DNA of 64,000 nt from Maridesulfovibrio sp. (GTDB taxonomy: Bacteria; Desulfobacterota; Desulfovibrionia; Desulfovibrionales; Desulfovibrionaceae): the NCBI RefSeq assembly GCF_965230075.1, contig NZ_OZ245945.1, positions 2,959,462 to 3,023,461 on the forward strand, read 5' to 3'. Positions 9,192-17,792 of this stretch are shown one piece after another. Both the position numbers and the translations under genes were made by a program. The notes beneath the pieces were generated by a model. It did not search any database. It was not told the DNA's origin and saw only the letters and a program-made list of their open reading frames with translations. Position 1 is the stretch's first letter; every line of letters begins with the position of its first letter.

Positions 9192-9926
9192 TTATCCAAA
9201 CATGCGTTTTGCAGGCTTGGCGAGATTAGCGAGAAACTCTTTGCGAGTTACGCCGTTGCCGACGCCGGAAGCGTCTGCGGTAACATACTCGTAATAGAGT
9301 TCAGGTTTATCCTGCACCAGATAGATGACATTAACTTCGTCAGCGTCAATAACTTCTGCATTAGGATAGTCTTTCTTGACCCGCTCAAGAGCTTTTTCAG
9401 CCAGAGCGACCATTTCTTCACGTTCACCGAAGTTCATGGTGCCGGTAGGACAGGTCTTGACACAAACAGGTACGAGTCCGGCCTGCTGGCGGTCAATACA
9501 CATATCGCACTTGGTCAGCATTCCGGTACCGGTATTACGGCGCGGAATGTTGTAGGGACACGCTTCGGTTATTTCCTGACACTCATCAGCAGCAAGACGC
9601 TTGGTCTGGTCGGTAAAGATAACCGCTCCGGTATCTTCATCCTTAATGACCGCACCAGTGACGTATGCATCGGCAATGTCCTTGCAGGGAGGCACATCGC
9701 AGTGGCGGCACTGGTCAGGGAAGAAGTACCACTCGACCTTACCGTTGATGCGATGCTCGCTGAAACGGACCAATTTGTAGTTAAAGGGGTTCAAGTCCGG
9801 CGGGTTCTGATGAGAACCGCGCTGCTTGGTTTCTACTGCGGGCAGATCGTGCCATTCCTTACAGGCAACCTGGCAACCGCGGCAAGCCGTACATCTGGAG
9901 GTATCTACAAAGAATGCTTTAGGCAT
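9192..9926 (-). CDS. fdhB: Formate dehydrogenase iron-sulfur (beta) subunit
   Basis: Multiple 4Fe-4S ferredoxin motifs (CTACRGCQVACKEWH, CRHCDVPPC, CDMCIDR, CVKTCPTG). It lies immediately downstream of fdhA. Confidence 0.85.
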   Translation of the reverse strand: MPKAFFVDTSRCTACRGCQVACKEWHDLPAVETKQRGSHQNPPDLNPFNYKLVRFSEHRINGKVEWYFFPDQCRHCDVPPCKDIADAYVTGAVIKDEDTGAVIFTDQTKRLAADECQEITEACPYNIPRRNTGTGMLTKCDMCIDRQQAGLVPVCVKTCPTGTMNFGEREEMVALAEKALERVKKDYPNAEVIDADEVNVIYLVQDKPELYYEYVTADASGVGNGVTRKEFLANLAKPAKRMFG

Positions 9927-9947
9927 GTTTTACTCCTTGGTTGCAGG

Positions 9948-12900
9948 TTACTCTTCAATCTCGGTGAGCTTTTTCGCTTTGCGAACGTTCACCAGACAGG
10001 CCTTGTACTCGGGAATGGTGGTGTTGGGGTCACCGACAGCCGGGGTGAGGCGGTTGGTGGCATCACCGCAACCTTTACTGGTCCAGCCGAAGCAGAAAGG
10101 CATACCGACTTCGTGGACGGTATCGCCCTTGATTTCAAACGGAGTCATACGCACAGTAACCATGGCGATGGCTTCAACCTTTCCGCGGATACTTTCAACG
10201 ATAACCGGATCGCCGTTTTCAATGCCCTTTTCCTTGGCTAGTTCAGGACTCATTTCCACGTAGAGCTGAGGTTCAGCTTCCAGTAATACCGGGGTGTTTC
10301 TAGTATCACCGCCACCGCACCAGTGCTCGGTCAGACTGTAAGTGGTGAGTACGATGGGGAAACGATCATCAGCAGGCTTAGCAAGCTTGTCCATGTCACT
10401 GAACACACGCTTGTAAACCGGGCTGCTGAGCTGACGAGAGAAAGGATGGCTCTTAATGGGAGTTTCCACCGGCTCGTAATGCTCGGGGAAAGGACCATCC
10501 TGACGACCGGGACCGTAAAGCTGCCCGTGACCTTCCTTACGCATGATGAAGGGATAGCGGCCCTTACCGGTCGCGTTCGGCGGCCATCCGCCATCAGGAA
10601 TATCGCCTTCCCACTTGGAACCGTTCCATTCGATAACAGCCTTTTCAGGAGCATAAGGCTTACCGTTAAGGTCTACGGATGCACGGTTGTAAAGGATACG
10701 GCGGTTAACCGGCCAGCACCATGCATAGTTGGGGTAGAGATTGATCTTGGCCTGCATGGGAGTCTGTTCCAGACTGCGGCGCTTGGCTTTGTTTCCGCCT
10801 TCCTCAGTGTAACTGCCTGCGTAGAGCCAGTTAAAGGAAGATGTGGAACCATCGTCTGCCAGAGCAACGAAGGAAGGTACCTGCTGGCCTTTTTTGTACT
10901 TCTTGCCCTTGAATTCCACATCCTTGGTGAAACGGCCGTTGATGCGCTGGGCCATATCTTCGGCATCGTAATAGGCAGGCCAGTCAAGGGAAAGCAAAGG
11001 TTCGGGGTAGGTTCCGTTCTCTTTATTATAGAGACGGCGTACGTGGTTGATGATATCCACATACATTTCACCCATGCTCTTGGATTCGCCCATGGGACGG
11101 CAGGCTTCATAGTGCCAGAGCAGCCAGCGGCCACTGTTGGAGATGGAGCCGGCTTTTTCCGCACGCTGGGCGGAAGGCAACAGGAAGACCTCAGTCTTGT
11201 TCTGGGTAGGATCAACGCCGGGGCGGTGCCAGTTCTCGGAAGTCTCGGTGTGGTGGATTTCACCCACAACCAGCCAATCGAGATTATCAAGAGCCTTACG
11301 GGTCTTGTTGGAGTTAGGCACACTCATGGCCGGGTTGGTTCCGAAAGCAAAACCACCCTTGATCTCACCTTTGTACATGCGGTCAAAGATGTAGATGTAG
11401 GAGTAATCTTCACCGTCGTCTGCCTTGGGCAGCATCTGGTAACCGAAGCCGTTATCTACGGAAGCATTATCACCGCGCCAGGCCTTGAGCAGGGATGCCA
11501 TGTACTTGGGCTTATGCTGCCACCAGTTGGCACTTTGAGGATCGTGGGAAATCGGGGTGGTTTTCTCCACGTATTCTTCATAAGAACCCATACTGGCTTT
11601 TGGCATAGGCAGGTATCCGGGCAGAATATGCCAAAGGATACAATGGTCAGTGGACCCCTGTACGTTAGGCTCACCGCGCAGGGCGTTGATACCGCCACCT
11701 GCTACACCGATGTTACCAAGCAGGAGCTGCAGGATGGCACTGGAACGGATGTTCTGTACACCAACTGTATGCTGGGTCCAGCCCAGTGCGTACATGATGG
11801 TACCGGACTTATCTTTCTTACCTGTGGAAGCGAATTCCTTGTAGACTTTGATCAGGTTATCCTTGGAAACACCTGTGGTCTTGGATACGTTGGACAGGGA
11901 GTAACGTGAGTAGTGCTTCTTAAGCAGCTGGAATACACAGCGGGAATCCTTCAAGGATTCATCGCGCTTGGGTACACCGTCTTTATCCAGCTCAAAAGCC
12001 CATTTGGATTTGTCATATTTACGCGACTTCTTGTCGTAACCGGAGAAAAGTCCTTTAGTGAACTTGAAATCCTTACCGACGATGAAGGCTGCGTTGGTAT
12101 AATTGGCAACGTATTCCTTGAAGAACAGATTGTTATTCAGGACATAGTTGATCATACCGCCCATGAAGGCAATATCGGTTCCCGATCTCAAGGGGACGTG
12201 GAAATCACACCTTGCGGAAGTTCGGGAGAATTTGGGGTCAACATGCATAACCGAGGCACCTTTGTCCTTGGCCCGCAATACCCATTTGAAGGAGATAGGA
12301 TGGTGCTCTGCGGCGTTACTACCGATAATCAGGATAGAGTCCGCATTTTCAATATCGCACCAGTGGTTGGTCATCGCACCGCGCCCGAACGACTCTGCCA
12401 GAGCCGCAACTGTTGCGCTGTGTCAGATACGTGCCTGGTGATCAAAATGCACCAGGCCGAGGCCGCGTACACCCTGATGGACGACTGCACACTCCTCGTT
12501 ATCCATCTGTGATGTACCAAGATGGAAAATTGATTCTACACGGTTGACTTCCTGGCCCTTGGCGTTGAACCGTTTGAAGTCCGCATCACGTGTTTCCTTT
12601 ACGCGCCGGGCAATGCGGTCAAGCACGAAATCCCAGCTCTTTTCTTCCCATTTAGTGCTGTAAGGAGCACGGTACAGGGGTTTCTCAATGCGGTGGTGAC
12701 TGTTATGCATGGCGAGCATAGCCGCACCCTTAGCACAGAGAGCACCTTCACTGACCGGATAATCCGGGTCACCTTCAGTGCTGACAATCTTTCCGTCCTT
12801 GACATGGGCGATAAAGTGACAGCTGACCGAACAGAACGGACAGATGGAGATCACTTCCTTCGCACCCTTGATCTTCAACCCGGCAGCATAAGCCTGCGTC

Positions 12901-12989
12901 GGGGAGAGATCGAGTCCCAGCTGGCTCATACCGATACTTGCGACACCAACGCCCGCAAGTTTCATGAACCCTCGCCGTGAAATGTTCAT
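9948..12989 (-). CDS. fdhA: Periplasmic formate dehydrogenase catalytic (alpha) subunit, selenocysteine-containing (two track ORFs joined through the in-frame UGA at 12423-12425)
   Basis: Twin-arginine signal MNISRRGFMKLAGVG. ORFs 12423..12989 and 9948..12374 share one frame. Read-through gives HQARI-U-HSATVAALAESFGRGAMTNHW, the conserved FDH Sec active-site context. An AGGAGG RBS precedes the ATG at 12989. Confidence 0.9.
12370..12425 (-). promoter_or_regulatory. UGA selenocysteine codon (12423-12425) plus the downstream region where a SECIS hairpin is expected
   Basis: The TGA is flanked by conserved FDH residues. A short imperfect hairpin, AGCGCA-ACAGU-UGCG(G)CU, begins a few nt after the UGA. 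The SECIS fold was not verified. Confidence 0.65.
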
Positions 12990-13177
12990 GGGATCCTCCT
13001 CAGTTTACATCAGGCTTACAAAACCGACCCGAAGAGCCGCCTAGACCTGACAATTACTTTGATGATCCCATAGAATCTCAACTAAAAAATAAAGTCAATA
13101 AATCGAATATGTTAGAAAAAACACATATGAACACTATTTGTTATCCCAAAGTTCCTGATTCAATTATATTCTTAGCT

Positions 13178-14002
13178 TTAACTACCTGTAGATACTGCTT
13201 GACACCTAGGTGACTTCTTGAAATCCAATTTAAGATTTTTATGCCAAAATGACGGGTGCTTCTTAGCTATACAAACAGGCCCTTCATAAAAACTGTCCAA
13301 TTTATCAGACACATAACCTCTAAGACTGAATGTACACGCATTAACTATTGCGATAGCTTTATATTCTTTAATTAGCGCACAAAATTCATCTTCCACCTCA
13401 GGCCATAAAATTTTCCATATCTTGTCCCGCATTGTTCTAACACCCGGAACATTTAACTCCTTTTTATGAAGAGAATATAATGATGTTTGGTATGGTACAG
13501 GATTGGAAAGAATGACTTGAAATTCTTTGAATCTACGATCCATCTTTTTAATTAAATTTGATTTGTTAAGCAGATCTTCAAGCAGCGATTCAATTTTATC
13601 TCCAGTTTCTTTTTGCGCAGGAGCCTTTGGCCACACTTCATCATTTTCACTCATCCCATACTCATACTTGTGAGGCGACTCAAGGATGATTACAAGTGAT
13701 GGTTTTTCAAATATAGGAGCAATATCATTGAAAGAACTTTTGTTGAAGATATCATCCTTTGTTTCATTTTTATGCAAAACAAATTTATTTGCACAAACTT
13801 TAACTGTATATCTACAAACATCGTCAACTTTCATGCTTACATCAAACAAAAAATCTAAATCAACAACACCATTTTCTGCATATCCTTTAAGTAATTCAAT
13901 TTGACGATGAGCATGCTTCTCAACTCCATACTTATGTTCACGAATTTTGATATACTGCACAGTTTTACTCATAAGCCTATCCGCCTCTAACAGCATGCCC
14001 AA
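13178..14002 (-). CDS. Hypothetical protein, AT-rich orphan (possible uracil-DNA-glycosylase-superfamily fold)
   Basis: A long ORF in a visibly AT-rich segment. The motif order VIILESPH ... ETGDKIESLL ... VILSNPVPYQTS ... AIVNAC ... KKHPSFW resembles UDG-superfamily motifs A and B. The start may instead be M11 at 13972. Confidence 0.5.
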   Translation of the reverse strand: MGMLLEADRLMSKTVQYIKIREHKYGVEKHAHRQIELLKGYAENGVVDLDFLFDVSMKVDDVCRYTVKVCANKFVLHKNETKDDIFNKSSFNDIAPIFEKPSLVIILESPHKYEYGMSENDEVWPKAPAQKETGDKIESLLEDLLNKSNLIKKMDRRFKEFQVILSNPVPYQTSLYSLHKKELNVPGVRTMRDKIWKILWPEVEDEFCALIKEYKAIAIVNACTFSLRGYVSDKLDSFYEGPVCIAKKHPSFWHKNLKLDFKKSPRCQAVSTGS

Positions 14003-14011
14003 TGCCGTTTT

Positions 14012-14680
14012 TTATTTATTCTCATGCAACTCCATCAGCCGATCAACCTCATCAATGGAAATAATTTCTATTTCCTTGTTCGGAGCCAGAATATTCTTAT
14101 CCTGCAACCCCTTAAAGATACGGTTGATACTGCGCAGGCTGGTGCCCAGATAATTAGCGATTTCCTCTTTTGATATCTGCAAAACCCGCGAGCCGTGCTC
14201 CTCAAACTGCATCTTGATCATCTTCAGTACTGAGTATTCAAGGGGGTAACTCAGGTTCACTGCCGCCCTTCTGGTGAATGACTGCAAACGAAATGAAAGA
14301 ATGCGGTTGACCAGCAAGGCGAAGCGATGATCTTCCGCCAGCCATGTTTCATAATCAGCAGGCAGCACCGTAGCCACCCTACACTCTTCCAAAGCAGTAA
14401 CCGAACAGGCCGCCAGACTTCCGGTCAAAGCCTCAACCTCGCCAAGCAGCTTGCCCGGACCTTCCAAGGCCACAAGGTACTCACTGCCCTTGGCCATATT
14501 CAGATGCACCTTCATGCTTCCACTGAGGATAATGAAAACCGCATCCGGCACCTGCCCTTCCACTATAATTGATTCACCGGGACGAACTTCCATTTCACGT
14601 TGTTTTTCCGGACTGCTGCTTTTCCTTTCCCCGTAAATTTCAAGAAGCTCTTGGGCCAATCCGTTCTCAATTTCCTTCAT
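14012..14680 (-). CDS. Crp/Fnr-family transcriptional regulator
   Basis: An N-terminal cNMP-binding-like beta-barrel (GESIIVEGQVPDAVFIILSGSMKV ... LLGEVEAL) and a C-terminal HTH (SKEEIANYLGTSLRSINRIFKGL). Confidence 0.85.
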   Translation of the reverse strand: MKEIENGLAQELLEIYGERKSSSPEKQREMEVRPGESIIVEGQVPDAVFIILSGSMKVHLNMAKGSEYLVALEGPGKLLGEVEALTGSLAACSVTALEECRVATVLPADYETWLAEDHRFALLVNRILSFRLQSFTRRAAVNLSYPLEYSVLKMIKMQFEEHGSRVLQISKEEIANYLGTSLRSINRIFKGLQDKNILAPNKEIEIISIDEVDRLMELHENK

Positions 14681-14761
14681 AATTATCCGCTGAGGACAAA
14701 TGTCCTTTTTAATTTTTTCGCCTTACCGTATCCCCATGCAGAACCAAACAGGAGAATACCA

Positions 14762-15463
14762 ATGTTCAAGAATAATATAAATGTAGTGGCCTTTGACGCT
14801 GACGACACCCTCTGGATCAACGAACCCATATTTCAGGAAGTCACAGCCGAATTCTGCAATATGTTTCTCACATACAATGAGCCGGGAGCAATCGGCAAGA
14901 TGCTGGAGGAAACCCAGTCACGCATTATCCCGGTCATGGGCTACGGCTCAAAACCTTTTACAATCGCCATGATCGAAACCGCTGTGCAAATCACCGGAGG
15001 CAAGAACTGCGCCAAGGAGATCAACAGAATTATCGAGCTGGGCAAGAAAATGCAAAGCCATCCTGTGGAACTGCTGGACGGTGTCGAAGACGTGCTGGAT
15101 AAGCTCGCCGCAGATTTCAAGCTAATGCTCATCACCAAGGGCGACCTCATGGAGCAGGAACGGAAAATCCAACGTTCCGGTCTGGCCGACTATTTTTCCT
15201 GCATCGAGATAGTAAGTGAAAAAGACGAGCGGACCTACAAGAAATGCCTAGACTTCCACGACATCTGCAAAGATGAATTCTTGATGGTCGGAAATTCCGT
15301 AAAATCCGACATTCTCCCGGTAGTAAATATCGGTTCCAATGCAGTGCATATCCCCTTCCACACCACATGGTGCCACGAATGCGTGGATGAGGCTGCACTT
15401 GAGGGCAAAGAGTTTGTAACCGTGGAGCACTTCGGGGAGCTGCTGCCCATTTTGAGCGCCTAG
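14762..15463 (+). CDS. HAD-superfamily hydrolase
   Basis: HAD motif I (VAFDADDTLW) and later motifs (ITKGD; MVGNSVKSDI). The ATG at 14762 follows AGGAG. The track ORF start at 14600 would overlap the crp-like gene. Confidence 0.8.
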   Translation: MFKNNINVVAFDADDTLWINEPIFQEVTAEFCNMFLTYNEPGAIGKMLEETQSRIIPVMGYGSKPFTIAMIETAVQITGGKNCAKEINRIIELGKKMQSHPVELLDGVEDVLDKLAADFKLMLITKGDLMEQERKIQRSGLADYFSCIEIVSEKDERTYKKCLDFHDICKDEFLMVGNSVKSDILPVVNIGSNAVHIPFHTTWCHECVDEAALEGKEFVTVEHFGELLPILSA

Positions 15464-15475
15464 CAAGGAGCAAAG

Positions 15476-16072
15476 ATGTTTAGAACTGACGACAATTCCA
15501 TATACAACCTGCTGGATTTCCTGCGCCGTGCAGAGGGCTTAAAGTCCACCCTGCGTACTACTTGGACCCGCAACGGCAGGCAGGAAAGCACAGCCGAACA
15601 CAGCTGGAGGCTCTGCCTGCTCGCCATGCTGGTCAGCCACAACTACCCGGAACTTGATGCCCTGAAAATCCTGCAACTGTGCATCATCCATGACTTGGGC
15701 GAAACCATAAACGGTGACATTCCCGCGCCGGAACAGGTCGGGGCAAGTAAGGAAAAAGAAGAGCAGGAACGAACAGACATGCTAGACCTGCTCCGTCCCC
15801 TGCCTGCTGAGCTACAGCAGGAGTTAATGGGACTATGGGAAGAGTACGAGTACGCCAAAACACCGGAAGCACGGATAGTGAAGGCACTTGATAAGCTGGA
15901 GACCTTATTACAGCAGACCCAAGGTTTGAATCCCCCTGATTTCGATTACAAATTCAATCTTGGGTATGGGGTGAAGTATACTAGAGTTGATGAGTTTATA
16001 TCTGGTTTGCGGGATATTATTGATGAGGAGACTGAGGGATGTGTTTTGGCGCGGGGAGATGATTTGGGTTGA
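15476..16072 (+). CDS. HD-domain phosphohydrolase (YfbR-like 5'-nucleotidase type)
   Basis: H...HD...D signature (STAEHSWRL ... IIHDLGETINGDIP ... KALDKLE). Confidence 0.8.
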   Translation: MFRTDDNSIYNLLDFLRRAEGLKSTLRTTWTRNGRQESTAEHSWRLCLLAMLVSHNYPELDALKILQLCIIHDLGETINGDIPAPEQVGASKEKEEQERTDMLDLLRPLPAELQQELMGLWEEYEYAKTPEARIVKALDKLETLLQQTQGLNPPDFDYKFNLGYGVKYTRVDEFISGLRDIIDEETEGCVLARGDDLG

Positions 16073-16105
16073 TGGGATCGTATTTTTTCGCGATATTTTT
16101 TTAAG

Positions 16106-16139
16106 GCGGACCTGAGTGGGTAACTCAGGTTCGCTTTTG
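16106..16139 (+). terminator. Rho-independent terminator after the HD gene; left edge of the AT-rich island
   Basis: 11-bp stem GCGGACCTGAG / CTCAGGTTCGC, followed by TTTTGT. Confidence 0.55.
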
Positions 16140-16196
16140 TTGGCTCTTAATTTAATAACGTACGCAATAAATAGATTCATAATTAACAAAACAACG

Positions 16197-17792
16197 CTAA
16201 GAGTACATTTTTTTCAAGGACTTATACACATTATCTTTATACGAACTTCTCTGTTGATGTGAGCTAAAATTCGAATCTACAATATGCATCATTAAGTCAA
16301 CCTGAATTTTGATCATGCTTTCCTTGTTGTGTTTAGAATATTCATCCTTATACAAAAGGCACACAACACATATTTTATGGAAAAGTATTTCTATAAGATG
16401 ATCATTCTTAACACTATTCACAAAATCACTTAGCTGACTTATATACCGAGAGTTATTAGGAGACATACCATGTAAAATAAACAGAAATGCAAAGATTTCG
16501 TAATCGTCTTTAAGATCTGATACATCTATTTTATCAAAAACCTTCTCTAATTTCTTTGAGTTGATAATTTGAAAAAAGACATCCGTCCTTATAACGGGCA
16601 TTAAGACTAAGGAAAAATATTCAAGATCGCTCGATATTTTATCCCAAAACTCATCGGAATTAGCCAACTCTCTCATTTGCTCATCATCAGACTCATTTTT
16701 TATTTTTTCAATAATCTCCGGCAATCTCGGCAATAATTCCCCAAACTGAATCGACATAACTTCTATCATTGCCATATTGTACGAAAGAATTTTTCTAAAA
16801 GCATCAATCTTAAAATTTACTTTTGGTAAAAGGTCTGTATTTTTGAGGACAATTGCAGCTGTATCCAAAACAATTTGAAAGTGTATCCCTGCATCTTCTT
16901 CATTAAAACCTTCGGAACTTTGCTCCAATGCATAATTAGAATTATCTTCACTGAGCAAGTTATCAATCATCAAGTCATCTATTTCACTTGTATCATCTCT
17001 TTCATCTCTAGAAACTACTTCTGTATCTATAACATCGCCCCCCTCTTCTTCTACTGAGTTAAAATCAATTCTACGGCATCTAGACTTAGCTTTAGTGAAC
17101 ACCATTTTTTTGCCATTACGTAAAATTGGATCAATTTGCTCATCATATTCGTTAGCCAATTGCGCGAGAAGACTATTCAGCAAAGCTTCTGCTCCACACT
17201 CTCTATCAAAACCTGCAACTAACTTTATGGCTTTAGGTGAAATATCTACCTCAGGAATAGTCTGAATTCTTTGTAACAACTTAGGATCACTAATCGCTTT
17301 TTTAGCTAAAAAATAATCATAGAAACACTTTAAAAACAAATAGACTTCATTATCTTTTTCATCAATCAACTTAGAATTTATGAGATAATTATAGAAGCTG
17401 GGCCCACTCACAGATTGACTTCTTTCTCCAAAATATTCTTCGATCTGCTTCATAAAATCACTCACCTTCAGAGACATTCTCCCTTGCGCATACATCTCTC
17501 CTGCAAAATCAGAAAGAAACCCCTCTCTCAAGCGATAATCAGCTAATCCACCTGAAGACAAATCATCTTGATCCTTTTTCAATAATGTCTCGACAAACTT
17601 TTCTAACAAAGAAGCTTCGTTTGCCGGTATATAGTCAGGTTGACTCTCAAAAACATATAAACACAAAGAAAGAACATAAGGCGTCATATGCAAATCAAGA
17701 TTAGCTGAGAATTCAGCTATCTTCTTCACGATTGAATCTGTATCTCCCTCTTTGTTCACAAACCATTTTTCTACTAAGCTTCGTACATGCAC
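16197..17792 (-). CDS. C-terminal continuation of the STAND/NACHT-like module: post-ATPase helical/winged-helix segment, acidic linker and unassigned helical tail
   Basis: Opens with VRSLVEKWF ... TPYVLSLCLYVF ... IPANEASLLEKFVETLL, the kind of segment that follows a NACHT ATPase core. It has a GTG start and overlaps the upstream ORF by 19 nt in another frame. The sequence is AT-rich. Confidence 0.6.
   Translation of the reverse strand: MHVRSLVEKWFVNKEGDTDSIVKKIAEFSANLDLHMTPYVLSLCLYVFESQPDYIPANEASLLEKFVETLLKKDQDDLSSGGLADYRLREGFLSDFAGEMYAQGRMSLKVSDFMKQIEEYFGERSQSVSGPSFYNYLINSKLIDEKDNEVYLFLKCFYDYFLAKKAISDPKLLQRIQTIPEVDISPKAIKLVAGFDRECGAEALLNSLLAQLANEYDEQIDPILRNGKKMVFTKAKSRCRRIDFNSVEEEGGDVIDTEVVSRDERDDTSEIDDLMIDNLLSEDNSNYALEQSSEGFNEEDAGIHFQIVLDTAAIVLKNTDLLPKVNFKIDAFRKILSYNMAMIEVMSIQFGELLPRLPEIIEKIKNESDDEQMRELANSDEFWDKISSDLEYFSLVLMPVIRTDVFFQIINSKKLEKVFDKIDVSDLKDDYEIFAFLFILHGMSPNNSRYISQLSDFVNSVKNDHLIEILFHKICVVCLLYKDEYSKHNKESMIKIQVDLMMHIVDSNFSSHQQRSSYKDNVYKSLKKMYS

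Noticed and set aside
10323-11909. A 528-aa plus-strand ORF, plus other long ORFs at 9702-10263, 11913-12512 and 10673-11323.
   Set aside because: They lie entirely antisense to, or out of frame within, fdhA. The fdhA frame carries unmistakable formate dehydrogenase motifs. The shadow ORFs are low-complexity (G/V/T/L-rich), have no motifs and lack an RBS.
12374-12425. The apparent break of the formate dehydrogenase gene into two ORFs, which could be read as a pseudogene or as two subunits.
   Set aside because: Both parts share one frame across a single TGA that sits in the conserved Sec/Cys active-site context (QARI-U-HSATVA). I interpret it as a selenocysteine codon.
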